From: Bryobacterales bacterium
GTDB lineage: Bacteria > Acidobacteriota > Terriglobia > Bryobacterales > Bryobacteraceae
Reading direction: 5' to 3'
DNA: 64,000 nucleotides
Assembly: GCA_963843095.1 (NCBI GenBank)
Contig: CAWJLI010000065.1
Location: forward strand, 1,123 to 65,122
The number at the start of each line of letters is the position of its first letter. Position 1 is the stretch's first letter. Both the position numbers and the translations under genes were made by a program. This document shows positions 37,717 through 47,214 of the stretch, in pieces. The notes beneath the pieces are model-generated. The model saw nothing but the letters and a program-made list of their open reading frames with translations. It ran no database searches and was not told the DNA's origin.

Positions 37717-38541
37717 TCACTCTCCGTAGCTAATCTCTCCCTGCCTCGCTGAATACGCCGTGTACAGCAGCAGCAGCAGCGACACGGCCAGCAGGCCGGG
37801 GATAGCTAGCCAGGCGGGGGTGGGGTCGGTTTCCACCACGATCAGGTTGAGCGGGGGCGGCAGGGGGACTTCCACCGGGCACAGGTTGGTCAGGTAGAAG
37901 ATCACGCTGATTTTCTTGAGCAGGGCCGGCAGGAACGGGTTGAGGTTCTCCCACACGTACACGACGGCGGCGGGGATCATGGGATTGCGAAAGAGCAGGC
38001 CGCACATCAGGAAGACGGCGCCGTATCCGACCGCGGCCAGCGCGGCGGTGAGCGTGTACCAGCCGAGCTGGCTGAGGCCCGGACCGTGCCAGATGTAGTT
38101 CGAGTAAGCGGCGCCGAAATGGCGTCCGATTAAGAGGAACGAAGCCGCCGCGCTGCCGGCGAACAGGACCACGGCCATGGCCAGGCCGGCGAGATATTTT
38201 CCCACCACCAGCAACTCGCGCCGCAGCGGCGTGAGGTAGTAATAGTGCAGGGTTTTTTCCAGCATCTCCGCGCGGAAGAGGCTGGAGAAGATTCCCACGC
38301 AGCCGAAGAAAATGGCGCCGCGCAAATAGAAGAACTGGAACATGGCGGCATAGTTGACGCTGTCGGTGCCCAGGGTGTGACGGGGCGAGGAGCGGCCCAT
38401 CTCAAACAGCCAGTGCAGTGCGGTGATCGCCACCGGCCCTAGCGCCAGGCAATAAACCCACCAGCCGCGCCTGGAGAAGAACGTCTTCCGCCATTCCAAC
38501 CGCAAGACGGCGGCGATTTGCCGCATCCACAAGGCGTTCAT
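37717..38541 (-). CDS. ABC-2-type transporter permease
   Basis: 274 aa with about 6 TM helices. ATGA-coupled to the upstream ATPase. Confidence 0.7.
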   Translation of the reverse strand: MNALWMRQIAAVLRLEWRKTFFSRRGWWVYCLALGPVAITALHWLFEMGRSSPRHTLGTDSVNYAAMFQFFYLRGAIFFGCVGIFSSLFRAEMLEKTLHYYYLTPLRRELLVVGKYLAGLAMAVVLFAGSAAASFLLIGRHFGAAYSNYIWHGPGLSQLGWYTLTAALAAVGYGAVFLMCGLLFRNPMIPAAVVYVWENLNPFLPALLKKISVIFYLTNLCPVEVPLPPPLNLIVVETDPTPAWLAIPGLLAVSLLLLLYTAYSARQGEISYGE

Positions 38542-39479
38542 GCCGCACCTCCCTCGCCGATGAGGTATTGGTAGACCGAATTCACGTCGTCATCGGCCGG
38601 CGCCACCGATTCCACTTCCAGACCGGTATCCAGAATCACGCGATTCAGCAGCAGGTAGAAGGCATCGGCATCCTTGGTGCGCAGCAGCAGGTTGCGGCCG
38701 TCGGCCTGGATCTTCGCCTCCACCACGTGGTTCTGCGCGAACAGGCGCGAGGCCAGCTCGGCCGGCCGGTCGCAGCGCACCAGGATCTGCATCGGCTGCT
38801 CGCGGACTTCGCTGCGCACGCCCTGAATCTGCCCTTCGGCCACTACGTAGCCGTGGCTCAAAAGAATCACCTGGTCGGAAATGGAATCCACTTCGTGCAG
38901 GATGTGGCTGGAGACGATGACGTGGCGGCCGTCGGCGCCCCACTCGCGAAAGAGGGCGATGGTTTCGGCGCGGGCCATCGGGTCCAACCCGTTGAGCGGC
39001 TCATCGAGCACCAGCACGCGCGGATCGTGAGCGATGGCCTGCGCCAGTTTGACGCGCTGCCGCATGCCTTTGCTGTAAGCGGCCACGGGACGGCCGGCGG
39101 CGGCCATCATATTCACCTTTTGCAGCGCCGCCACGGCGCGTTCGCGCGCTTCCTCCTGGCTCATGCCATACAGCAGCAGGTAGGAGTAAATGAACTGGAA
39201 GCCGGTCAGCCCCTTGGGAAATGCGTCGAACTGCGTGCAGTAACCGAGCAGGCGGCCGATCTGCTCTGGGTCATCGGGCTTTACGCCGAGCACGCGGATC
39301 TCTCCGCGCGTGGCGCGGAGCAGGCCGGTCATCAGGTTCATCAGCGTGGTTTTGCCGGAACCGTTCGGCCCCACCAGGCTGGTGATGCCCGGCGGAATGG
39401 TCAGGTTGACGTTGTTGATGCCGAGCACTTCGCCGTAAAAGCGCGAAACGCCGGCGAAAGTGATATGGGTATCGCTCAC
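38538..39479 (-). CDS. ABC transporter ATP-binding protein
   Basis: GTG start at 39479 ([10 protein letters not shown]). Walker A GPNGSGKTT, signature YSKGMRQR, Walker B VLVLDEP. The upstream part of the 431-aa track ORF overlaps the preceding permease. Confidence 0.85.
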   Translation of the reverse strand: MSDTHITFAGVSRFYGEVLGINNVNLTIPPGITSLVGPNGSGKTTLMNLMTGLLRATRGEIRVLGVKPDDPEQIGRLLGYCTQFDAFPKGLTGFQFIYSYLLLYGMSQEEARERAVAALQKVNMMAAAGRPVAAYSKGMRQRVKLAQAIAHDPRVLVLDEPLNGLDPMARAETIALFREWGADGRHVIVSSHILHEVDSISDQVILLSHGYVVAEGQIQGVRSEVREQPMQILVRCDRPAELASRLFAQNHVVEAKIQADGRNLLLRTKDADAFYLLLNRVILDTGLEVESVAPADDDVNSVYQYLIGEGGAA

Positions 39480-40378
39480 CGCACCACCTCCGCGCCGCGG
39501 ATTTTCCGCGCCAGCATATACAGGCAAATCAGAGCCAGCAAGACCAGCCCAACCCAGCTTGTCCACAGCGGCAGCGTTTCGCCGCGCGGAGCGCGGAAAA
39601 AGACCGCGCCATTGGTGGTGGGTTGGTTGCCTTCGAACAACCACACCCACACCGAGCCCACCAGGTAGCTGACGTTGAACAGGTGGCCCCAGTTGGTGCC
39701 CACCACGCCGTTGATGACCGCGCCGAACGCGGAAAGCACGAAGAACACGCCGAACATCAGCGCGCCGGCGGCCGCTCTCCATTTCACCCAGGCGGAAAGC
39801 GCCAGCGCCAGCAGCGCCAGCAGCAGAATCCACACCCAGGCGCCGAAGAACAGGCCGCTCGCGATGCGCGCGTGATCGACGGCCCAGCCCCAGCCTTCCA
39901 GGTAACTTTCCAGGCCGAACAGCAGCAGGCCCGGCACCCAGGTCATCAGCGAAAGCAGAATCACCAGCACGGACATTTTGCCGAGCACGTATTCGGCACG
40001 CGAGAATGGCCGCGCCAGGTAGAGCGAAAGGGCATTGTTCGCCAGGTCGGGCGACACCTGGCCGGGCCCCACGAACGCCGCCAGGAACAAAGCCATCATG
40101 CTTTGCCAGCCAAGCAGCGAAAGGAAGAAGACCACGTTGATGGTTATCAGGCGCTGTGCGCCCTGGGCGTTAATCAGGCTCAGCGCGCTGGCGTTGTGCT
40201 GAACCCAGATGATGATGGCGCAGATCAGCGGATAGAGGAAGCTGGCGAAGAAGAATATCGAAAGGAACTTCCGCCGGTGGAGATCTTCGAAGGCGTAGCG
40301 CGGAATCACCAGCAGGCGCGCCCAGCGAGCTGTCAGCGCGCCCTCGTACGGCCGGTAGGTCTTCTTATAGACGGCCAT
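39476..40378 (-). CDS. ABC transporter permease-like membrane protein
   Basis: 300 aa, multi-pass, positioned between two ABC ATPase genes with overlapping stops and starts. Confidence 0.65.
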   Translation of the reverse strand: MAVYKKTYRPYEGALTARWARLLVIPRYAFEDLHRRKFLSIFFFASFLYPLICAIIIWVQHNASALSLINAQGAQRLITINVVFFLSLLGWQSMMALFLAAFVGPGQVSPDLANNALSLYLARPFSRAEYVLGKMSVLVILLSLMTWVPGLLLFGLESYLEGWGWAVDHARIASGLFFGAWVWILLLALLALALSAWVKWRAAAGALMFGVFFVLSAFGAVINGVVGTNWGHLFNVSYLVGSVWVWLFEGNQPTTNGAVFFRAPRGETLPLWTSWVGLVLLALICLYMLARKIRGAEVVR

Positions 40379-41309
40379 CGGCGGCCTCCATGGCTTTCAG
40401 GAAAATGTCTTCGAGCGAATCGCGCCGGCGATTCAAGCGGCGAATCTGGACGTCCTGCGCGGCGGCGATTTCGTAAAGGCGGCGCACCTCCAGCCCGTCC
40501 GGCAACACTACTTTGAGGCGGCCCTGCGCCCCGGGAGCGGTTTCGCAGCCGAGGCCGCGGATGGCTTCGACGAAATGTCCGTTCAATTCGCCGCGCGTTT
40601 CCATCTCCAGAAAACGGCGGTTGGCGCGCCGCTCTTCTTCCAGGTTACAGAACGCGGCGATGGCGCCCTCCTTCAGAATCAGCACCTCGTCGCAGCATTC
40701 CTCCACGTCGCGCAGCAGGTGGGAAGAGACGATCAGGTGCAGATCGCCGCGGTCGCGAATCTCCTGGATCAACTGAATCATGCGCAAGCGGGCCGGCGGA
40801 TCGAGACCGTTGGTCGGCTCGTCGAGAAACAGCAGCTTGGGACCGTGCGCGATGGCCTGTGCCAGCTTGGCCGCCTGCTTCATACCGAGCGAGTAGGTGC
40901 CCAACGCGCGGTAGCGGACTTCACCGAGGCCCACGTAGAAAAAGGCTTCGTGCGCGCGCTCCAGCGCCTCGGCCTTGGGCAGGCCGGCCAGTTCCGCCAT
41001 CAGCCGGACGAAGCGCACACCGCTCATGGCGGCGATGAACGAATCGTTTTCCGGCATGTAGCCGATCAAGCTGCGCACCGCGCGCTGCTCGCGGCGGATA
41101 TCGTGTCCTAGAATGCGGGCGGTCCCCGCCGACGGCTGGTGAAAGCCCAGCAGCGTGTTCAGCAAGGTGGATTTCCCGGCGCCGTTCGGCCCCAGCAGGC
41201 CGATGGAGCGGCCGGTGAGCGACGCTTTGAGCCCCTTCAGGATCACGCGATCGCCGAAGCGCACCTCGAGGCCGTCCAGATCGATGACGGGGGCCGTCTC
41301 TTGAGCCAT
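40365..41309 (-). CDS. ABC transporter ATP-binding protein
   Basis: Walker [10 protein letters not shown], signature YSLGMKQ, Walker B LLFLDEP. ATG at 41309 overlaps the anti-sigma stop; a GTG at 41312 is also possible. Confidence 0.85.
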   Translation of the reverse strand: MAQETAPVIDLDGLEVRFGDRVILKGLKASLTGRSIGLLGPNGAGKSTLLNTLLGFHQPSAGTARILGHDIRREQRAVRSLIGYMPENDSFIAAMSGVRFVRLMAELAGLPKAEALERAHEAFFYVGLGEVRYRALGTYSLGMKQAAKLAQAIAHGPKLLFLDEPTNGLDPPARLRMIQLIQEIRDRGDLHLIVSSHLLRDVEECCDEVLILKEGAIAAFCNLEEERRANRRFLEMETRGELNGHFVEAIRGLGCETAPGAQGRLKVVLPDGLEVRRLYEIAAAQDVQIRRLNRRRDSLEDIFLKAMEAADGRL

Positions 41310-43798
41310 CACTTCTCTCTATACGCCGGCTTACGCGCGCCTGTTCCGAAGAGTTGTCCCAGCGGGATTGAGTTGGCCGCCCAGCCGCTGGGGTCGCCGG
41401 TGAGAAGAGCCTCCAGGCGGGCGCCCAGCACATCGCCGCCGCTCGCCACCGTGATGCGGTCCGGCGCGCCATAAGCGGCAATCAGAGTGGGCTTAAGGTT
41501 GCCCAGACGGTCGGCCGGGCTGGGCTGCCCTGGCTGCCCGTGATGCGTGCCAGCCATGCCGCTCAACATTCCGGCGAGTGGCGCCAGCGAGGTGCCCAGG
41601 TTCTGATACAGCACCGCGGAAAAATTGGCGTAGTGATCGCGCGGCGTCAGCGCCAGGAACTTCTCCGAACGGGTGATGGAGGTTCCGGCCGTCTTCAGAT
41701 CCAGAGCGCGCTTGACCAGCGCCCGGCTCGGCGCGGCGATCATGTAACCGTCGGCGAAGGTGTAATGCGCCGCGGCCAGCGGCCCCAGCGCGGGCGAGTC
41801 GATGGTGTAGTAGGTCCGGCCGTCCACGGTCTCCTGCGCCATATGAATGTTGTGGCCCCCGTTCTTGGCGAACTGCTGGTTGGCGTTGGCCACCAGGCGC
41901 GCGAACACCGACTGCAATCGCGGCGGATCGTACACCTCCACCACCAGCTTCCAGGAAGGAACCGGCATCAGCGGACCGTCGAGCGACACAGCGACCTCGC
42001 CGCCCAGGCTGTGTGCCAGATCGCTGCGCAGGTCGCCCTGCGCGCCTAATCCGGCGGGGGTTGTTTGCACCACGCCGGCGACCAGATCGGCGATGACCGC
42101 GGGGTCGCGAACCACGAACGCCGCCAGCGTTCCGGCTTCCGGCGAAACGTAGTCAAGCGAACCCATCGGCGCCGGGTCGGCCAGCCAGGCGGGAATGCCT
42201 GTGTGGGCCGGATCGAAGTTCAACGTGGCGCGCATTTCCATCTGGTGGTTGACTTCTTTTTCCTCGGCCACGAAATAGCGCATGCCGCCCGTATGTTCGT
42301 CCTGCGCCATCCGCGAGAGATCGGCGCACACAAACAAGCCGGCGCCTTCGCGATAGAGCTGCGCGATGCGCGCGTAGAACGGCGTGCCTTCGAATCCGCC
42401 GGCCGGCGAATCGAAGACCGGGGCCAGGTTCTCCACCGCGGCGCGGTCTGGCCCGAAAGCCACCAGGCCGTGGCGCGCCTCCACGGTTAAGGGCGCCCCT
42501 TGTTGGGCGAGAAACTCCTTGAAGCCGTCGCGTTTCAACTCCGATACAAACACGAGGGCCTGCGGCTTGCCATCCGCCGCAGCCAGGGCCACCACCGCGA
42601 TCTCGCCACCCAGGTAACTGCTGGCGGCGCGCAGGTTGTCGATCACCGGCTGCATCTTGCCTCCGCGCTCCTTCCAGAACGGGGCCAGTTCGGGACTCTC
42701 GGCGATTTTGCCGTTGAGCGCCGCCTGCGCCCGCGTCAGATAGTCACCCAGGTTGGGAATGCTGGCGTACAACACGGTGGACGCGGGCAAACGGTTCAAC
42801 AGTTCGCTCTGGTAGCGCAGGTCGGGCAGATGAATGCGCTCCAGGCTGGCACGCAAGTCGGCCAGCAGCGCATAATAACGATCGCGGTTGCGGCTCCAGG
42901 CGATGTCATCCCTCACCGGTTCGGGGTCCATCCCGGCGCCGGTGACGGTTTGATCGCCGCGGTGCAGCACTTTTTCGCTGCTTCCCTGCGCCACGTGCAC
43001 TTCGCCCTGGACCACGGAAACGCGCGAGCCTTTCACTCCGGCACTGACGCCGAAGATGGTCCCGGTGACCGCCACGCGGCAATCGCCAGTATCGACAAAC
43101 AAGTGGCCTTTGCGGCGTTTGGCGGCTTCCACCATCACGCTGCCGCGGCCCAGCCGAATGGTCAGATCATTGGCGGAAGCGGTAGTGAAGAGACTCGACC
43201 GCTCACGCAGCTCCACTTGCGATCCGTCAGCGAGGCTCAGCACGGCATCGGAATCCTTGGCAGTGCGGATCTCGACGCCCTCCGGCAGGTTCTGGCCCTT
43301 CGCCAGCGCATGGAGTGTGCCATCGGCCGCCACCTGATATAGCGCGCCGCTGACGGCTTCCACCCTGGCTCGGCCGCCGGCCGCGCCGGAGTGTTCGGCA
43401 ATCCAGACCGTTCCGGCGGCAAGCAATACCGCCGCGGCGGCTGCCCAAACAACCTTATAAGACGAGCCATGTACGGCAGGCCGCGCGGGACGCGCCGCCG
43501 GCATCGTGATGAATTTTCCTTCGTAGATGTGCCGGCAGGCGACGCAGGCATGCAGGTGATCCTCGACCAGCATGGCGCGGCCTTGCGGCAGTCGCCCCGC
43601 GCGGTAATCGGCGAGCAACGCTTGAAAGCCGGCGCAACCGCGGATGGGCTCGGCGCTCAATGGGCCGGCGGCTTCCGTCAGCCGCGCCCACACACGGTTT
43701 CGGGCGGCCTCGATCACCGCCGGATCGATCGCCTCGTCGCGAATTTCCGACAATGCCTGTTCCAGAGCCGGGTCCTGGAAGCTGTTTTCCGGTGTCAT
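41309..43798 (-). CDS. anti-sigma factor (zf-HC2 + TM + FecR-like domain) with a ~500-aa uncharacterised C-terminal region
   Basis: Start at ATG 43798 (MTPENSF) overlaps the sigma gene stop. [10 protein letters not shown] zinc motif, a TM helix [18 protein letters not shown], and a FecR-like segment GSVMVEA...[13 protein letters not shown]. Confidence 0.75.
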   Translation of the reverse strand: MTPENSFQDPALEQALSEIRDEAIDPAVIEAARNRVWARLTEAAGPLSAEPIRGCAGFQALLADYRAGRLPQGRAMLVEDHLHACVACRHIYEGKFITMPAARPARPAVHGSSYKVVWAAAAAVLLAAGTVWIAEHSGAAGGRARVEAVSGALYQVAADGTLHALAKGQNLPEGVEIRTAKDSDAVLSLADGSQVELRERSSLFTTASANDLTIRLGRGSVMVEAAKRRKGHLFVDTGDCRVAVTGTIFGVSAGVKGSRVSVVQGEVHVAQGSSEKVLHRGDQTVTGAGMDPEPVRDDIAWSRNRDRYYALLADLRASLERIHLPDLRYQSELLNRLPASTVLYASIPNLGDYLTRAQAALNGKIAESPELAPFWKERGGKMQPVIDNLRAASSYLGGEIAVVALAAADGKPQALVFVSELKRDGFKEFLAQQGAPLTVEARHGLVAFGPDRAAVENLAPVFDSPAGGFEGTPFYARIAQLYREGAGLFVCADLSRMAQDEHTGGMRYFVAEEKEVNHQMEMRATLNFDPAHTGIPAWLADPAPMGSLDYVSPEAGTLAAFVVRDPAVIADLVAGVVQTTPAGLGAQGDLRSDLAHSLGGEVAVSLDGPLMPVPSWKLVVEVYDPPRLQSVFARLVANANQQFAKNGGHNIHMAQETVDGRTYYTIDSPALGPLAAAHYTFADGYMIAAPSRALVKRALDLKTAGTSITRSEKFLALTPRDHYANFSAVLYQNLGTSLAPLAGMLSGMAGTHHGQPGQPSPADRLGNLKPTLIAAYGAPDRITVASGGDVLGARLEALLTGDPSGWAANSIPLGQLFGTGARKPAYREK

Positions 43799-44352
43799 GC
43801 TTCGCCTCCCTGGTAAACGCGGTATTCCTTCTCCAGCCGGTCGCGGGTCCGGGAAATGGTGACCGCGACGCTGCCCGGCGTGGTGTTGAACAACCGCGCA
43901 ATTTCGGGATTGTCTTTTCCTTCGAAGAACCTTAATGCAAACATCTGCGCGATGCGCGGATTCAGCCGCGCCAGCGCGCCGCGCAGCCACTCGCGAATTT
44001 CACCCGAGGCCTGCAGGCGGTCCGGCCGGCGGTGCGCAGGCTCCGCCAGCACGGGCTCCAATTCATCCAGGGGAATATTCCGGATGCCCTGCCGCGATCG
44101 GACGATGTCAAGCGCCGCATTCACCGCCGCGCGCCGAAGGAAACTCGGCATGTTCTCCACCGCGTCGGCGGCGGCATCGCGTTTGAGCAACCGCAGGAAC
44201 ACAGTCTGCAGCGCGTCTTCGGCGTCGCTCGCGTTGCCGGTGATGCGGTAAGCCGCGCGAAACACGGCGGCGTGGCTCTCGCGGAAAACTCGTTCCAGAT
44301 CGTCTACCGAGAAGCGGGCGGATTCCGGCGGAGCGGCCATTAACGTATTCAT
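43795..44352 (-). CDS. ECF-type RNA polymerase sigma-70 factor
   Basis: Region 2 AAYRITGNASDAEDALQTVFLRLLK and region 4 RIAQMFALRFFEGKDNPEIARLFNTTPGSVAVTISRTRDRL. Start at ATG 44352. Confidence 0.85.
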   Translation of the reverse strand: MNTLMAAPPESARFSVDDLERVFRESHAAVFRAAYRITGNASDAEDALQTVFLRLLKRDAAADAVENMPSFLRRAAVNAALDIVRSRQGIRNIPLDELEPVLAEPAHRRPDRLQASGEIREWLRGALARLNPRIAQMFALRFFEGKDNPEIARLFNTTPGSVAVTISRTRDRLEKEYRVYQGGEA

Positions 44353-44592
44353 CCTAACAGGCTCTCTGATCAAAGGGACGCGTGGGAGCACCGCGATTTA
44401 GCACCCTCGTCGACGGAAATCGACATAAGTAGAGTATTCGGGGACTCTTGGCAACGATAACCGCACGTGCGGGGCCTTGAAAGCGCAAAGGAGGGCAGCG
44501 CTGTTAGCCGACCGTCAACATCGGAAGTCCCAGGTGGGTTCAGAGTGAACTAGGTGGGGCAGCGGCTAAGTCGAACGCGCTCCGAGCGCCAC

Positions 44593-44663
44593 AAAAAAAG
44601 CCCCGTGCCGGGGAAGGCGCGGGGCTTTAGGCCTGCTACATTCTGTCTCGGAGGATGACAGAG
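44593..44663 (-). ncRNA. candidate ~70-nt small RNA or leader/attenuator
   Basis: Minus strand reads ACUCUGUCAUCCUCCGAGACAGAUGUAGCAGGCCUAAAGCCCCGCGCCUUCCCCGGCACGGGGCUUUUUUU. Hairpin UCUGUC/GACAGA has loop AUCCUCCGA. It is followed by a long GC stem plus U7. Confidence 0.3.
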
Positions 44664-44669
44664 TAACCA

Positions 44670-44698
44670 AATCTTAACACCCATCCTTGCCCAAATCA
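44670..44698 (-). promoter_or_regulatory. sigma70-like promoter TTGATT-17 nt-TAAGAT (minus strand)
   Basis: -35 at 44698..44693, -10 at 44675..44670, and an exact 17-nt spacer. Lies immediately upstream of the candidate RNA. Confidence 0.35.
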
Positions 44699-44871
44699 AT
44701 CCTATTCCAAGCAAAAACTGTGTTACAGACCTTGTTAACACTTTCAAACACTGGCCCCATCCCAATGAGGGCATCGGTATCGCCAACGCGGCTGAAGCCG
44801 AGGCGGGCGCACTCGCGCCGCGGAACAAGAACCGTGCGACGAGAGGACGGCCCCGCGTGGCACTATGCGGC

Positions 44872-45219
44872 TCAGGCCGACATGGCTTTCAGCGCAGCGG
44901 CTTCATCGTCGTAGGCAATGAAAACGGTGTAGAGCTTGGTGATGGTGAGCAGTTCCTTAACCTTGCCCTGTGCGTGCAACAGCCTGACGTCGCCTCCCAG
45001 ATTGGTCACCGTGGCATACGATCCAACGATTTCGCCGAGGCCGGCGCTGTCCAGATATGTCACGTCACGCAGGTTGAGCAAGATGTTCTTCTGACCCGAG
45101 CCGACCAGTTCCTTGATCGTCTCGCGTACCACTCCGGAGCCATCCCCCAAAACGATCCTGCCGGCCAGATCCACGATGGCCACGTTGCCGGCTTTTCTGA
45201 CGGTTGCCTTTGCGCTCAT
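44872..45219 (-). CDS. STAS domain protein (anti-sigma-factor antagonist, SpoIIAA/RsbV-like)
   Basis: VAIVDLAGRIVLGDG...NILLNLRDVTYLDSAGLGEIV (conserved DS(A/S)GL phospho-site region). Confidence 0.85.
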   Translation of the reverse strand: MSAKATVRKAGNVAIVDLAGRIVLGDGSGVVRETIKELVGSGQKNILLNLRDVTYLDSAGLGEIVGSYATVTNLGGDVRLLHAQGKVKELLTITKLYTVFIAYDDEAAALKAMSA

Positions 45220-45306
45220 TGTGCCTCCAGCCGACTATTGTACACGCACCGCGACCGCAAGCGTGCATTCAAGGCGGTCATCAGTGCAATGAACCAGCCA
45301 GACGCA

Positions 45307-46695
45307 CTACCAACCGGAAAGCATGTGCAGGCTCCGGCGGTCAAAGAAAGCTCCGTCGGCGGCCTGGAAATAATCACGGATCTGGTCGCCACCAATGTTT
45401 ACAGCCGTTTGGTCCCACTCGCACCGCGTGCAATATGGCTCGTCGCCGGGAGGGGGAGCGTCACCTGAGAACCATGCCCGCGCCTGGCGATATTTCTCCG
45501 AGTTGAACGGATCGCTGCCGTCGCACTCGAACCTGCCAAACACCAGGTTGATGTCTGGCCGCGGCGCGCCACAGCAAGGCATGATCCTTCCGGTCGCGTC
45601 CATCACGATGTTCTTATATAACCAGTGACACGTGTGGCCTTCGCTCGGCGGCGAGTCGTTGGCAGCCTGCTCGTTCCACGGAGTTTCGAACGCCTGCAGG
45701 ATGGCGTGGCCGTCCACGCTGTGCGGGAACGGGTTCCAGTTAGTGGGATGGCTCGAAATCGAAGGCCAATTCAAACGCTGAACGCCGGCTTTGACCGCTG
45801 CGGGGCGGATCTCCGGATCGTCCCACCCGACATCGAACGGATTCGCCACGCGGAATACGTTGACACCGAGTTGACGCGCCATGCGGGCGGCCAAAGGAAT
45901 CTCGTGCGCGTTATGTTCGAATGCCAGGAAGTTCCAGGCGAGTACCGGATAGCGCTTGCCCAACGTTCGCTTCGCGTTCACCAGCTTGCGGACGTTGTCG
46001 AGAACGAGTTCCAGGTCTCCGTTGCGGCGGAACCGCTGGTAGGTCGGCTGCGTGGCGCCATCGATCGAAAGACCGATGAAATCGATCCCCGATTCAACAT
46101 ACGCTTCCGCGTCGAACCGGCGAACCGAAAGGCTTGTCGTAAACGACGTTCGCAGCAGATAGGCCTTCGCCATGCGGATCAGCTTGGGGGTATTGAGGTT
46201 CAGCAGCGGCTCGCCGTAGTTGTAAAAATACACCTCGATGGCGTGAGGGCCGTAGCGTTTCAGCAGCGCGGAAAAGCGGTCTTCGGGTAGCGTGGCTTTC
46301 GGCCAGTCGAACAGTTGCAATGCTTCGTTGCGAACGGAGTGGACGCAACCGGGGCATGCAAGCTGGCAAGCGTTCGACGGATCGACAACCAGCCCGAAAG
46401 GGCGCGACAGCAAGGATGCACTGCGCGCCTGGAAGTGATACCGGGCGAGGAAGAGGTTCAGAATCTTCACTGTCAGCGCCTCCGCAAGCGGAGACGGAAA
46501 ACGAACGCGGAGAAGGGCACAGAGATCCGGTTTCGCTCTGTCAAGGATGTCCGCGGCGACATCGGCGCGTTGGCATTGGCGGAGTTCCCGATCGATGCGC
46601 GATAAGGCGGGAAACGCGGTTTGGCCGCCGTATAGCGAAGCGGGAAGGAAATAATGAAAAAGCGCCTTCAGCGGCTTCGTCACTGCGATAACCAT
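45307..46695 (-). CDS. radical SAM protein with Cys-rich C-terminal extension
   Basis: VVDPSNACQLACPGCVHS (CxxxCxxC), YNYGEPLLN, and C-terminal CHWLY...MPCCGAP...YCTRCEW. Confidence 0.8.
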   Translation of the reverse strand: MVIAVTKPLKALFHYFLPASLYGGQTAFPALSRIDRELRQCQRADVAADILDRAKPDLCALLRVRFPSPLAEALTVKILNLFLARYHFQARSASLLSRPFGLVVDPSNACQLACPGCVHSVRNEALQLFDWPKATLPEDRFSALLKRYGPHAIEVYFYNYGEPLLNLNTPKLIRMAKAYLLRTSFTTSLSVRRFDAEAYVESGIDFIGLSIDGATQPTYQRFRRNGDLELVLDNVRKLVNAKRTLGKRYPVLAWNFLAFEHNAHEIPLAARMARQLGVNVFRVANPFDVGWDDPEIRPAAVKAGVQRLNWPSISSHPTNWNPFPHSVDGHAILQAFETPWNEQAANDSPPSEGHTCHWLYKNIVMDATGRIMPCCGAPRPDINLVFGRFECDGSDPFNSEKYRQARAWFSGDAPPPGDEPYCTRCEWDQTAVNIGGDQIRDYFQAADGAFFDRRSLHMLSGW

Positions 46696-46784
46696 CTGGA
46701 TTCCTTCTTGGCTCTACCTGGGAACGTGCCGTCAACCGCCAGTAGTACGATACCATCTGCCGATCGACGCAGCCAAATTCCGCG

Positions 46785-47213
46785 TCAATCGCCACCGATC
46801 AGGTGTAACTTGATGCGCCGGCGGTGCGCCGCCGCGCGATGCTCGAACAGGTAGATGCCTTGCCAGGCGCCGAGCGCCAGGCGGCCGCGTTCCACCGGCA
46901 CGGAAAGCTGCGTCAGCGTGAGCGCCGCGCGGATGTGGGCGGGCATGTCATCGGGCCCTTCCACGGTGTGACGATACAGCCGGTTGTCCTCCTCGACCAA
47001 CCGGTTGAAGAACTGGTTGAGATCATGTACGACGTCCGGGTCGGCGTTTTCCTGGATGGTGAGCGACGCCGAAGTGTGCTGCACAAATACGGTGAGCAGG
47101 CCGTCGCTTACACCGAGACCCGCCACCCAACTTCCAAGCGCGCCGGTGATCTCATACAGCCCCTTGCCGCGTGTCGGCACCTCGATCTGGTGCAGGAATT
47201 GCGCCAGCGGCAC
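46785..47213 (-). CDS. YjbQ/UPF0047 family protein (secondary thiamine-phosphate synthase-like)
   Basis: GLLTVFVQHTSASLTIQENADPDV..DL......D...Y.H...GPDDMPAHIRAAL...GRLALGAWQGIYLFEHR. Confidence 0.8.
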   Translation of the reverse strand: MPLAQFLHQIEVPTRGKGLYEITGALGSWVAGLGVSDGLLTVFVQHTSASLTIQENADPDVVHDLNQFFNRLVEEDNRLYRHTVEGPDDMPAHIRAALTLTQLSVPVERGRLALGAWQGIYLFEHRAAAHRRRIKLHLIGGD

Positions 47214-47214
47214 G

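Noticed and set aside
44550-44828. 92-aa ORF in the STAS/ECF intergenic region.
   Set aside because: It has no RBS and an odd composition, and it spans the promoter, hairpin and terminator elements. A non-coding interpretation fits better.
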